A stretch of DNA of 55,020 nt, counting the filler, from Circinaria calcarea (taxonomy: Eukaryota), in the NCBI GenBank assembly GCA_051942165.1. It is 5 parts of 5 records of this genome, joined end to end, with 100 filler letters (N's around TTAATTAATTAA, not from the genome) between each part and the next. Parts side by side here need not be neighbours in the genome. Positions count along the whole stretch, not along the records: positions 22,069 to 32,996 come from JAVECS010000741.1; positions 33,097 to 44,017 come from JAVECS010000742.1; 3 more parts are not named here. The stretch is one strand, 5' to 3'. This document shows, in pieces, positions 26,301 through 37,222 of this stretch; position 1 is the first letter of the stretch; each line of letters starts with the position of its first letter. A program made the position numbers and the translations under genes. Below the pieces are notes generated by a model. It was not told where the DNA came from. It saw only the letters and a program-made list of their open reading frames with translations, and searched no databases.

Positions 26301-26858
26301 TCCATCAAAGACAATCCACATCCACTTGCATTTGCACTTCCGATCATTCATACAGGGCAGAATCCTCCGTATGAGTTCCTCCTCCGGCATCCCACTCCAC
26401 ATGCCCAACGTCACGATCTCTACGTGGCACAGCCACAATGCGCAAGACTAGCCGTCAACAATACCTTTGTCTTCGCCGTGCGTCAGCATCCTTCTTCTGT
26501 TACCTGCAGCTCTCCATCTATCGGTTGTGCCTCTCCCCTACCGTTTGCCCGCCCAACGTCTGCCATGTCTATGACTTCTTCATCTGCCTCCATACCCACG
26601 AATAATTATTTTGCTCAGCAAGCGCCTACAACTGCTGCCCAAGGCCAGAAACCAGCCAAACTGGCCATCCAAGCCCCGAGTGGGAAGATACTACGGCTAG
26701 CGAGAAAAAGCGAGCATACGACTGCGCTCGCAGAGATGGGAGATGGCGGGGCCTGGGAAACAATTATCAAGATTGGGGAAAGAGGCACTTGGAGGGGTCT
26801 TGTGCTTGCGGATAGGAGCGCTCGCTGGTGCGTTTTCGGAGAGTGGGAGTGTGTCTAG
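23337..26858 (+). CDS. CYK3: Cytokinesis protein Cyk3 (SH3 plus transglutaminase-like domain)
   Basis: N-terminal SH3 (YSWGGETKKDLGFVEGD...WWMG...GLFPSNFV), proline-rich linker, transglutaminase-like region VRGYLK...NHWWNAVLVDGEWRIMD; 1173 aa, intronless. Confidence 0.93.
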   Translation: MATTTPNLPTRFPCWCRAIYSWGGETKKDLGFVEGDLIECLNAGDGSWWMGRLRRDKRAMGLFPSNFVQVLESNFVPVSRATSPMPGQGANGNSIRSASPNPQAKKSKTPRPFQSYGKGPSPGPTIKSQGVEVRAAAPSPSPIRGPGYSQQFPQPSTFEGNSPYSSRAPSPAPPVHRYTPSRGPSPSPYEDFGSPPPPAPPPHRVAYHAPAPRATPSPTPSMNDRYPTFSRAQSPIPPSPGVHGHTPSPLRDAMDDVMSSLHDMALHRNAPSPSPERSLSPIDPWSPEAFEELRTNPRRRNNERPRTSMGVAEPHGNGYHTDSGYESQPGSAFYSEEEKPNLSTYVSRMESHLQNVPHNPEPGIGCFVTGNDMGPPPAPPRKNSPFEPSSFSSLSKRSSKPERADSDRRLRNRKSAYELGREMIGRTFTTKSTATNSSSGVQSTTTNSSGSTQMTSQSLMSGYSAGGFSATSAGSLARRKGWGSISRGKPFNGRGAQDDILGQLNGGSMTRPQTPLTSISYHSSHNSRPGSAVPVEWAGSVADSGGILGGLTAPKAKKSGFFKKLVESAKTGAASARSSIAAGQAESSRSPVKGLLPNGVNGIAGGSAARSMGLGAGGGGSAIDWVQVRRDVNRSNSLSRNERVERAERCQMMDHPVIPSVDALLEAAEGDEGLDGLPISEPTNFQAANLQLVDKSARFITSVPPLTNPTSLTLGYVCRPYRNDVQRLRAIFTWVSEKVAWEEDYEGEVDSRRVINARRGCAEEVAVLVVEMCLAVGLHAEVVRGYLKGPGDIIDVDSMPRPNHWWNAVLVDGEWRIMDCSLASPTNPKRSLYSNAGSQVAETWWFLARPMEICYTHIPQHLEQQHICPPISPDILLALPCACPPYFKNTLRIIDFDTSLLRIEDLELVHIQFTVPPDIECFADVEVRAYARDADGDLFESGDTVAKRALAQAEWINGEKRYTVKALLPGDEGHGILKIYAGKRGLMHSIKDNPHPLAFALPIIHTGQNPPYEFLLRHPTPHAQRHDLYVAQPQCARLAVNNTFVFAVRQHPSSVTCSSPSIGCASPLPFARPTSAMSMTSSSASIPTNNYFAQQAPTTAAQGQKPAKLAIQAPSGKILRLARKSEHTTALAEMGDGGAWETIIKIGERGTWRGLVLADRSARWCVFGEWECV

Positions 26859-27484
26859 GTTTAGTTGTATGCGATAATTTGGGGGAAGTAATACCCAATG
26901 TACTTGAAGCTGATCTTGTATACTATGGTGGGGAATTCATATGGGGAGTAATTGGACCGGTGCTCATATTTCTCAGGCGGTCTCCCAATCTAGGGTGGAG
27001 ATATCTATATGAGCGAGGTGTCAGACAACAGGAAATCTGGTACTGGGAGGATGCCAGGATCTGTACATGGAGAGGCAACCGCCTTGGATTAAGGTGGTTT
27101 CAAAGTTCTTGTATACATGACTTTTTCAACGACTTAAAAGCACAGTTCTGATAATTCTTATACACAACAGGTGCAAGTCACAAATATTGTGCTCCAACAG
27201 TCTTGAGAGCTTTGGCCCGAAATTGGTCAAGCAACTCATCAGAATACGTTGCCTTGCAAAATAGATTTCGAGCGCTCAAATAGGTAATCACCGCGTTTAA
27301 GAAGGCTTTGCATCTCGCATGACGTAGAGCTTCTCTTAGATTCTCGCTTATGATAAGAAGAAAGATAAGGCCCTTTGGTTCTCCCCTCCGTCATCATTCC
27401 TTCAGATTGTTCGAGATATTTGAGCTACAAGAGCGAGCAAGCAATCACGATTACCCTCTCCACTTTCCCCACCAATCCCTAAAA

Positions 27485-28375
27485 ATGGGCGACCGCAGCG
27501 CCTTCTTCTACGGTACTGCCTCCCATCTATGCGTGCTATACCTCCAGCATCCCAATGGCTGAAATCTCAAACCATAGGCACATTAGTACGTCTCCTCCTT
27601 TCCCCGGCCATGGAAAACTACTCCAACTCACAGCGTCATGTAAGATGGCCCCCTCCGTCCTCCACCGCATTTGCCACGGCACCACCACCCCTACCCCCTT
27701 CCAAAAATCCTCCCTCAATGTGTTCCCTGCCCTCCTCCCTTCCTACCGCCGCCACCGCGTCCTCCGCTGCGACTACCCGGCCATGATCCCCTCTCCTAGC
27801 CCTACTTCCAGCGTTCGTGGGACTTTCGTTTCCGGGCTTACGGAGGGTGATCTATGGCGGCTGGACATTTTCGAGGGGGATGAGTACGAGAGGAAGAAAG
27901 TAATGGTGCGGCTGTTAGAGGAAGGAGAAGGGAAACAGGAAGGAGAAGGGAGGGAGATGGAAGCAGACACGTATGTCTGGATTGCGGGCGAGGAGAACTT
28001 GGAGGATGAGGAGTGGGATTTTGAGCACTTTTGCCAGGAGAAGATTGGGAAGTGGGTGGGGGGGAGCGGAAACGCGGATGTACAAGGTGAGTCTGATACT
28101 AGGGCGTCGATATTCGGTTTGTCCCACCTTCCCCACCGGAAGGAAAAAAGGGAACATTGGGGAGCGAAGAGGAGAGTGTGATAGAGCGATCGAATATGAT
28201 ATGGACGTCGAAGCTGATTAATTGGACAGATGTTGATAATGCCGTAAGGGCACAGCTCGAGGATCCGACAGGCGGGCGAGGGGAAGGCGGTAAGATCACG
28301 AAGAAGCTAGGGCTGGATAGTACGGATGGGGTGGAAGGGGAGAAGGAGAAGGAGATCTTGGAGAGTGCGGTGTAG
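27485..28375 (+). CDS. AIG2-like / gamma-glutamylcyclotransferase-fold protein
   Basis: FFYGTLMAP built across exon 1, microexon 27578-27585 and exon 27645-28086; DYPAM, LDIFEGDEYER, YVW; last exon ends 28375. Confidence 0.88.
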
Positions 28376-29566
28376 GAGATGTGGACGCGTAGGTGGTTCG
28401 TTATACTTTCTTCGCATTAATGGAGATAGAAATGGCTGCACCATAGATTAGGCTAAAACTAATACGGGGCTTATTTATACTAGTTTAAAAAAAAGTTAAA
28501 CCCCCACTCTCCCTTCCTTTTCCTCCCTCCCCATCTCTCTCTCACGCTCATCACCATATTCTACTCATTCTTCTGAATACTCTTCAAGACAAATAAATCC
28601 CACAAATCCTACAGACCCGACCCGGCAACCAAATAAATCCACTAATTTACTTTTACCCCGTAGTCCTACCCGCTCGAACCTATCCGAGGTAGTCAAAAAC
28701 GAATTCTACCTAATTAGAGCTCTACTTCAACATTCAAATGGCCATCTCCAAGCTTGGAAAAAGTCCGGAGAGTTAAGGAAAGGGTTATAAGGGAAAGTTT
28801 TGAGAGGGTGAAGAAAAAGGGGGTAAGTGCCCTCTTTGGAATAAGTTTGGAACGAATGGGGTTGGGAATGAGATTTGCTGTGTAGGTCCTATTGGGGGGG
28901 GAGAGGGAGGGGGACAACTATTCCATGTGTACGGGAATCTTACCTGCTTTTTTCTCAGTTCAGTGAATCCCGAAAGCAATCTATTATATGTATCCTACCA
29001 CTCAAACTTTGCTCGTTGCATAGCTTCTCTACTCACGAGTTTTAGAAAACATAGGAATCACGTGTACAGGTGTAAAATGATAGTGATTCAAGGATAGAAT
29101 TGCACATGACACCTTTCAATCCCCGTTGGGAGAAGGAGCATTGCATGAGGCAAATCTCCCCCACTCGGCTGAACCGAGTAAAAATGTCTCGTGTTGACTG
29201 CCATGACTTCTGTGTCGACCTCAACAGCCATTGGACGTTTGGTGGCCTGAACAGAGGGCAGATCCGCTTGTTGGAAGGATATATGGGCATATGGAAGGGA
29301 TGTGGGGTATTGGCCCCAATCACCTTTTTCTTCTTCCTTTAGAATTGACTTTGGATTTGCATGGGGGAGGTCGAGATCTTGTTTGCCCTTCGTAGTGATT
29401 ATAACCCTAAATGACATTGGCCTAGGAGAAATGATCTCAAACGCGTGGATCGCCTTATAATTAAGCGAAAGTGCTGTAGATCTAATTGGTCAGATCCTGC
29501 TGACACGAAACGCGAATGATAAAGAAATGAATTTTGTACTTCGTACATAGGCCAATCAATCAATGA

Positions 29567-29789
29567 TGTTAGGTAGGCCCGGAATAACAGTGCTCCCAGC
29601 CAATCAATACTCGTCTGCCAGGCAACCCCCGCCTGGCCTTATATAGCTCCATTGTGCATCCACAACGGAGCTATGTTATGCTAGTGGACCTAGTGTGGCC
29701 AATACGAATGCACAGTTTTTGCCAGCTTGCCCCCCCGTGCTTTACAGCATCGGGCTTAGCCCATCGGTGCCGTGCTCCCGAGCATAACA
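29567..29789 (+). mobile_element. Solo-LTR-like element, family A copy 1 (223 bp)
   Basis: Missing from the other palindrome arm; TGTTA...TAACA ends; TATATAG at 29640; colinear similarity to 40945-41164. Confidence 0.75.
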
Positions 29790-29957
29790 AATTTCTAGCA
29801 AAAAAAAACTGAACCCCCCGAATCTAGACACTGTTTGTGACTACAAATATGATGTGTCGTGCCCTCAAGCCCTTTTCTTGAATGGATGCTCTGTGGTCGA
29901 GTCAATTGACCGCTTGACTGTATAATAATTAAAACTTGGATCTGGGCCTGCCCCAAG

Positions 29958-30856
29958 ATGGGGATCCTCAATACCCTCATCTCCTCCTTTGCCCCAATTT
30001 TGTATGTCGTTTCCAATTAGCTCTCTCGTGCCTTCGCTAACTCTAGAGGTTGCAGCCTCATTCTCTCCCCTCTGACGTCTTATACGGACCAAATCGTCTC
30101 CATCCACCGCACTCGCACCTCCGCCGGTTTCTCCCTCGACATTCCCTTAATCATGCTGACCGCCTCGATCCTCAAGATCTTCTACTGGCCCGGCGCCCGT
30201 TACGATCTCAGCTTGCTGGTTCAGGCCGTCATAATGGTAGGAGTGCAGGTTGTGCTTCTCAAGGTTGCGCTGGACAATCGACCTGGATGGAGAGGGGACG
30301 GAGGTGTACCGTTTGTGGGAGGTCAGGCGAAAGGATGGAGACCCTGGGGTTTTTGGAGGTGGAGGACTCAGCGATTGTAAGATGTCCTGGAGTGAAGAGA
30401 GAGAGAGTGTGTGTGTGCCAGTTATCATAACGGGGGGTGGTCTGACATCGGTGCGATGGATCTAGATATTGGGAATTCCTCGCTCTTCTCACCCTCTCCC
30501 TCCTCGTCCTTCAAACCCTCCTCGCTCCTTCACCCATCTCGCAACAACTTTACACAACCTTGATCGGCTACCTCGGCCTAGCCATTGAAGCCACGCTCCC
30601 CCTCCCGCAAATATATTCCAACCAACAATCCCAGAGTTGTAAGGGCTTCCGGGTGTCCGTCTTGGGGAATTGGTTATTCGGCGATGCAATGAAGATGTTT
30701 TACTTCTTTGCCAGTGAGCCGGGCAGAGTACCCTGGGCGTTCAAGGCTTGCGGTTGTTTCCAAGCGGCGTGCGACGTAGGACTGGGAGTGCAGTATTGGC
30801 TGTACGGAGACGGAGAAAGTGACGACGGAAGGGGAAGGGATATTAGATTAGTGTAG
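29958..30856 (+). CDS. ANY1: PQ-loop membrane protein (Any1/PQLC1-like), copy A
   Basis: Three exons: MGILNTLISSFAPI..., SYTDQIVSIHRTRTSAGFSLDIPLIML..., EATLPLPQIYSNQQSQSCKGFR; ends GRDIRLV*. Confidence 0.85.
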
Positions 30857-30898
30857 AAATTTCGTCATGGGAAAATGTAGAATTTTTGAGATATTTCC

Positions 30899-31887
30899 TC
30901 ATGTATAAATCCTATCGAACCTTGACCATACCCCACCCGAAAAAACCATCAACCACCATGTCCCACACTGCATAACCACCCCAAACCCCCATGTACCGCC
31001 TCCTCCCCTTCCGTCGTCACTTTCTCCGTCTCCGTACAGCCAATACTGCACTCCCAGTCCCACGTCGCACGTCGCTTGGAAACACCCGCACGCCTTGAAC
31101 GCCCAGGGTACTCTGCCCGGCTCACTGGCAAAGAAGTAAAACATCTTCATCGCATCGCCGAATAACCAATTCCCCAAGACGGATACCCGGAAGCCCTTAC
31201 AGGACTGGGATTGTTGGTTGGAATATATCTGCGGGAGGGGGAGCGTGGCTTCGATGGCTAGGCCGAGGTAGCCGATCAAGGTTGTGTAAAGTTGTTGCGA
31301 GACGGGTGAAGGAGCGAGGAGGGTTTGAAGGACGAGGAGGGAAAGGGTGAGGAGAGCGAGGAATTCCCAATATCTAGATCCGTAGCACCCATGTCAGCCC
31401 CCTCCCTGTTATGATAACTGGCACACGCACACACACAATCTTTCTCTCTTCACTCCAGGACATCTTACAGTCGCTGAGTCCTCCACCTCCAAAAGCCCCA
31501 GGGTCTCCATCCTTTCGCCTGACCTCCCACAAACGGTACACCTCCGTCCCCTCTCCATCCAGGTCGATTGTCCAGCGCAACCTTGAGAAGTACAACCTGC
31601 ACTCCTACCATAATGACGGCCTGAACCAGCAGGCTGAGATCGTAACGGGCGCCGGGCCAGTAGAAGATCTTGAGGATCGAGGCGGTCAGCATGATCAAGG
31701 GAATGTCGAGGGAGAAACCGGCGGAGGTGCGAGTGCGGTGGATGGAGAGGATTTGGTCCGTATAAGACGTCAGAGGGGAGAGAATGAGGCTGCAGGCTCT
31801 GGAGTTAGCGAAGGCACGAGAGAGCTAATTGGAAACAACATACAAGATTGGGGCAAAGGAGGAGATGAGGGTATTGAGGATGCCCAT
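30899..31887 (-). CDS. ANY1: PQ-loop membrane protein (Any1/PQLC1-like), copy B with a different C-terminus
   Basis: Same exons as copy A on the opposite strand; diverges after DDGRG and reads through the spacer to a stop at 30899. Confidence 0.82.
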
Positions 31888-32663
31888 CTTGGGGCAGGCC
31901 CAGATCCAAGTTTTAATTATTATACAGTCAAAGGGTCAATTGACTCGACCACAGAGCATCCATTCAAGAGAAGGGCTTGAGGGCACGACACATCATATTT
32001 GTAGTCACAAACGGTGTCTAGATTAATCGGTTGATTGATTGGCCTATGTACGAAGTATAAAATTTATTTCTTTAGCATTCGCGTTTCGTGTCAGCCGGAT
32101 CTGACCAATTAGATCTATGGTACAGCACTTTCGCTTAATTACAAGGCGACTCCACGTGTTGAAACTAATTCTTCTAGGCCCAATGTCATTTAGGGTTATA
32201 AGCCACTACGAAGGGCAAACAAGATCTCGATCTTCCCCATGCAAATCAAAAGTCAGATCTAACGTAAGAAGAAAAAGGTGATTGGAGCCAATACCTTACA
32301 TCCCTTCCATATGCCATATATCCTTCCAACAAGTGGGATCTGCCCTCTGTTCAGGCCACCAAACGTCCGATGGCTGTTGAGGTCGACACGGAAGGCATGG
32401 CAGTTCTACACGAGACATTTTTACTCGGTTCAGCCGAGTGGGGGAGATTTGCCTCATGCAATGCTCCTTCTCCCAACGGGATTGAAAGGTGCCATGGGCA
32501 ATGGTTGTTAATGAATCACCATCATTTTACACCTGTACGGGCGATTCCTATGTCTTCTAAAACTCGTGAGTGGAGAAGCTATGCAACGAGCAAAGTTTGA
32601 GTGGCAAGAGATATACAATACATTGCTCTCGGGATTCACTGGACGGAAAAAAAAGCAGGTAAG

Positions 32664-32740
32664 TGTCAAAGGTATGTACGCCTATCAAGCCTGTCTAAGG
32701 GCGGGGTACCCCCTTTTGGTGCAGTGGCAAAAGCTTGACA
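32664..32740. mobile_element. 77-bp TG...CA element with perfect 5-bp target-site duplication
   Basis: GTAAG (32659-32663) - TGTCAA...TTGACA - GTAAG (32741-32745); the other arm has one CTTAC at 28939-28943 (empty site). Confidence 0.88.
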
Positions 32741-32996
32741 GTAAGATTCCCCTACACATGGAATAGGTGTCTCCCTAAACCCTCTAATGCCCTCGATAAC
32801 GACCCGGAATCTACCCATACTCATAAATTACACCTTTATACTCGTACCCGATTTCCCTTGAAACTTGATCTCCAACCCCTTTATCTCCCTACCATTATCC
32901 ATCCTTTTACTCTTTTCCCGTCTCCCTACTCATTCCCACAATCCCCATATACCATCCCCATATACCTTCACATTCATCCTCACCCCTATCCCTCCC

Positions 32997-33096
32997 NNNN
33001 NNNNNNNNNNNNNNNNNNNNNNNNNNNNNNNNNNNNNNNNTTAATTAATTAANNNNNNNNNNNNNNNNNNNNNNNNNNNNNNNNNNNNNNNNNNNN
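32997..33096. other. Artificial contig linker
   Basis: N44-TTAATTAATTAA-N44. Confidence 0.98.
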
Positions 33097-33216
33097 TGGG
33101 GAGGCGTGCGGGGTGGCGGTGATGAGGGAGGAGGGGAGCGGGTGCGTGTAGGAGAGCGTTTGGTCGTGAGGACCGCGGTGGCAGCTGAATTCGAAGAGAA
33201 CGGGGCGGGTGGACAT
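33097..33216 (-). CDS. Hypothetical protein, 5' fragment
   Basis: ATG in CAAAATG context, GC-rich codons, MSTRPVLFEFSCHRG... runs off the contig. Confidence 0.4.
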
Positions 33217-33891
33217 TTTGGTGTTGTAGTGGGTTTGTAGAATCGGGGGTAAATTAGAATGCTGGAGCGGAGGTTGTGAGAATGAAGCGGGGAAGCAGTA
33301 TTCTGCAGGGGTGGGATTTCCTGCCACCAACGCCAAATAGCCCTAGAATAATCTCAGCATCCTCGTACACTTTCTAGTGGATAGCTCATACCATTTCCAG
33401 ACAGCTTGCAGCAACTACTGAAAGTTATGAAATGCTTAAAAGTCTTCATTGCAGTAGACCTATTCTGACGTATGGTAGTATCTGCATGAAACCAAGGCCC
33501 ACGAAATAAAGCCGGTACGATAGGGTTTTGCTAAACACATTTCGGGAGAGGGAGAAGGTTGGAAACAGACTCACGACCGTTCCGACTGACGACTAGAACA
33601 CACATGTCTTGAAGCTTGCGTTCGCCGCCTTTCATGCAACCAGCTGGCAAAAGTGAAGCCAACAGGTCGGTAAAGTTTCGGATGACACCTCGTAAATGCT
33701 TTGCACATGTCTGGTAACATCCTCTTTGGGTTGTTACACTCACCCATAACTTCCAAATCTTACCCACCATTCTCTTTCCAGGATATACCTGGGAAGTGAG
33801 GGAGGCGTGATGAAGTACTACTCGTCGCATTACGTAGGTAGCTTCCTACTTCGATTCCTGCGTGAATATGGCTGTGCATAAGTCGCTTCGT

Positions 33892-34859
33892 TTATCGTCT
33901 CGTTGATCGTATACTCTGTCCGGGTAACTCGCTCATCGGATGCCCATCCAGTTCCCCTAACTGCGCCACCGAATCCATTTCGTGCATTCTCAATGGTTCC
34001 GCTGCCCCCTGGCCCTGGTCCAATTCCCATTGGTCTCCTTTCTCTGTTGATATTCCGGGTTCACCATATCCATGTCTTGCCTTCTGTCTCGTCTTACCGC
34101 GCATCCTCAAGATCAACAAAGATATGAGGATAAGTAATAGAACGCCCAGCGCAGCACCGATACCTATCCCAGCTTTTGCGCCAGCGGAAAGACCCGCAAA
34201 ATTGGAGGTTAAACTCGGTAGCGGTGATGCTAAGCTGGTTGCAATTGCTGAAGAAGCCGATGTAGCGCCTGGGAGAGCAGAGATTGCTCCTACCGAAGCT
34301 AAACTTGTCAAAGTGGCGGATGAAGTAGAAGTTGCACTGGCCGTAGATGTCACTGTAGCCAAGGAGGCCGAGTCGGAGCCCCAGGTAAATGCTGCTACTC
34401 CGGTGGTGTACCCCAAGACAATGTCCGGACCATACGTGCCGGCCGTGCATCCACCGCCGGGCGTGCAGCGGATACCAACATGGCAGGTGGAGCTGCGATA
34501 CTGAGACAGATTGAGAGTTTGCTTATTTGTGCCGTTTCCTTTTACTGGGAGGATTGAACTGGCTGTATTGAGGAAAGCTGGGTTAGAATTGCGCGTCTTG
34601 CAAACATGGAGCAGCACTGACCCTCAACCCATGCGTTTATGCTTTTTTGTATGCAATACATGTACAGACCTGGATCTGTGTAGTTCGATTGCCACGTGAA
34701 CCAGACTTCATCGAGGTAATTGTAAGTTACTTCGCCTACTCCGAGGGGAGGATATATCCAATTAACCCAGCCATCACAGGCCGGGAGATTGAGGGTGAAT
34801 AAAAGTAAAAGGCCCGATATCCTCGCTGCACTGATTCGAGCGCTGAATGTTGACAACAT
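33892..34859 (-). CDS. Single-pass membrane protein with signal peptide and Ser/Thr stalk (Mid2-like architecture)
   Basis: Two exons (GTCAGT...CTAAC.CAG intron); hydrophobic leader, WIYPP domain, S/T tract, LSAGAKAGIGIGAALGVLLLIL transmembrane helix, basic stop-transfer, ELDG tail. Confidence 0.8.
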
Positions 34860-36184
34860 GACTTTTGACACAAAAGCCAAAGACACTAGGAATAGGAAGA
34901 GACCTTTCTTTCGAGAGATGACAAGAATAACAGAATACGGTGAGCGTAAGTTACTTTGGAGACTAATTTGCTGCGCCGTCAACTGCAAGGCACGAGAAGA
35001 TCACAGCTGCACCATCAAGGATCACATCCCAGTCCTGCCATCCAGCCATATCCAATGAAAACGAACGCGCGAGGGCCGGGAAGGGGAACTTGGGTATGAG
35101 CCTCCACCAACTCATCCTCCACACCATCTTCTGCTCTGGATTGGACCATTGTGGGATGAGTAGGTATGAGTACGGACCGAAGACCTACCAATAAGCGTAC
35201 GAAGCCTAGAAAGCCGAATACAACGTCTGTGTATGGAACGATAAGTACCGGACAGCCAAGCCACCACGCTAGAAGCATGTGGTAAAGCCGATCTGACCCA
35301 GTCGGACAACCTCCGTTGGTGTCCGCCGCTCTCAACGAGGGCTTGACCAACAACCCAGCCTGAAGAAATGAAGATCAATCAAAGTCACAGAGAATAAATA
35401 TCGTCCATTCAAGAAGCGTATGGATTAGGTGGGAAATAATTAATATAACACCGCGTCGGGGAGCCCTACCGCAGTACTCCGTCGGATCATTAACAAGGGA
35501 AAGGGCAAACTGAGAATAGTGTATCGCGGCACATGGCGCGGTGAAACATTTTCCCGGTAGAATACTCAATGACGTAGGCGATACGCTTCGTCAATGAAGT
35601 TATTAACTTTGCTGAGCTTTAAAAGGGGTCCATAAAGGGAAGAGCTAGTTGTAGGAAAGTGGAAAGTAGAACAAGGTGACTTTGTATGGCGAAAAGGTTT
35701 TCAGCTAAAAGGCTACTTAGGACACAATTGCTCTACCTGGCAGAAAGGTTGGGAGTGGACAAGATACCGGAGGATAATTCCTTGCGAGGGATGGTGGTTG
35801 GCTTTTAGGGAGCCTAGATACTATATGGCGGGCACGGGGACATTTGATATCGCCCATGTACGCTAAACCGAGTGATGGAGCACTATGGAGTTGTGATTTT
35901 CCGGATCGTAAAGCAGCTTGTTTAACGAAATAGCTGCATATCTCTCTGCAGCATTGAAAGGGAAAAAATAAAGGGCGAAAGCCGCATCAGCTTCCCTCTC
36001 CCACCATTTGAGTACTCTTGCTTTTCCGGTTGCCGTTTGAATTCAGTCAGATTAATCCGTTACTCCAAATCTAGAGACCGGCCTCGATTTCAAAGATTTA
36101 AATTGTTACGCACAAGGCTAAGTTTCAGAAGAAGCACCGTAAATGAGTCGTGTACTCACGCACATCACCATCCGCTTTGTGTGT

Positions 36185-37222
36185 TTATAGAGGAATCTTT
36201 GAGAACATTGAAGGACCGCCATCGGATGGTTCGTATTCCACAGTAGCATAGAAGTTGTCGTCAGGGTCGGCGACACGGCTGGCCTCTGACATGTAACAAT
36301 TCGCGATTTTGTGGATCCGTGGCGATGCTTCGTTTAGCTTCATGTAAAAAATGATGTTGCGCATGTTCCCCCTCCAGTCCTGGAGGAAGTGAAGGTTACC
36401 CTCATATTCTGGTTCGTAACAGCAAACCTGCCTTTCTAGGTGCCCACTACCGACCCGATTCCAAAGATCAAAGATCCTGGCGCATTCTTCTGATATGCCT
36501 CTGTAACTGAAGCCCCTGGGGTATCGAATGTCATACGGCCATAATTTGTTTCTAGAATCTTCAACATTTTGGAAATCAGGATGACGAATCACAGTTCTGC
36601 CTTCGAGATCTTTTGTTAGGTGGTCTCTGTGTGTGATAACTAACCACACGTTTGCGATATTAGCATGGTCCGGATTTTTTTCTGGACCTTCATAGTCTGA
36701 GTCGGATGAGTCTGGATCTTCACGATCTGAGTCAGTCGAGTCTGGATCATCGTCTCCTGAGTCATAAAAATAAAGTTTTCTATAATTCGGTTCCTTTACA
36801 GAGCGAGAAGGACGTCCTCCACGTCTCGCTTTCATTCCAGACAGAGGAAGATAGGGACCTCCTCTGTATCGTATCAAGTCTCGGAGCTTATGCAAGCGCG
36901 TCGACACAAGGACAACGCTATAGCCTTCCTTCATGAGCTTTTCCAGGGCCGTTGTATCTTTGAATATCTGTCGATCGAGACGCATGAATCTGGTTCTCTC
37001 CGCGTCGGTCATAATATAGCCGATACCGGTTAGGAATACCGTGAGCTGAGCGGGAGTCAGCATAGACATCAAGGTTTCCTTGAAGTCCGGTATAGTGAAC
37101 CATGTGATGAGGAGCCGGCTTTGCTCAGGTTGAGATTCTTTGGTAGATTCCATGATATTTTTGAATGCGCTGGTAAGTGCAATAAGGAAACAGAATGCAG
37201 AACAAAGATGAGAGCCTTTCAA
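36185..37222 (-). CDS. Uncharacterised protein, intronless (start may be 37153)
   Basis: 345-codon ORF with an acidic internal repeat DPDSTDSD/DPDSSDSD; no domain recognised. Confidence 0.6.
   Translation of the reverse strand: MKGSHLCSAFCFLIALTSAFKNIMESTKESQPEQSRLLITWFTIPDFKETLMSMLTPAQLTVFLTGIGYIMTDAERTRFMRLDRQIFKDTTALEKLMKEGYSVVLVSTRLHKLRDLIRYRGGPYLPLSGMKARRGGRPSRSVKEPNYRKLYFYDSGDDDPDSTDSDREDPDSSDSDYEGPEKNPDHANIANVWLVITHRDHLTKDLEGRTVIRHPDFQNVEDSRNKLWPYDIRYPRGFSYRGISEECARIFDLWNRVGSGHLERQVCCYEPEYEGNLHFLQDWRGNMRNIIFYMKLNEASPRIHKIANCYMSEASRVADPDDNFYATVEYEPSDGGPSMFSKIPL

Larger units (their letters stand above)
28918..32766. repeat. Large diverged inverted duplication: arms 28918-30835 and 31004-32766, 168-bp spacer
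   Basis: Arms are reverse complements along their length apart from substitutions, small indels and one arm-specific insert each; ORF track shows near-identical peptides on opposite strands. Confidence 0.96.

Noticed and set aside
29088..29417. Divergent ORF inside the palindrome arms
   Set aside because: Frame is broken by indels in the other arm and no domain is recognisable.
29770..29810. Helitron or SINE 3' end (hairpin, CTAG, A-run)
   Set aside because: CTAG is not followed by T, and similarity to the second copy stops at the TAACA/TGACA end, favouring an LTR-like boundary.
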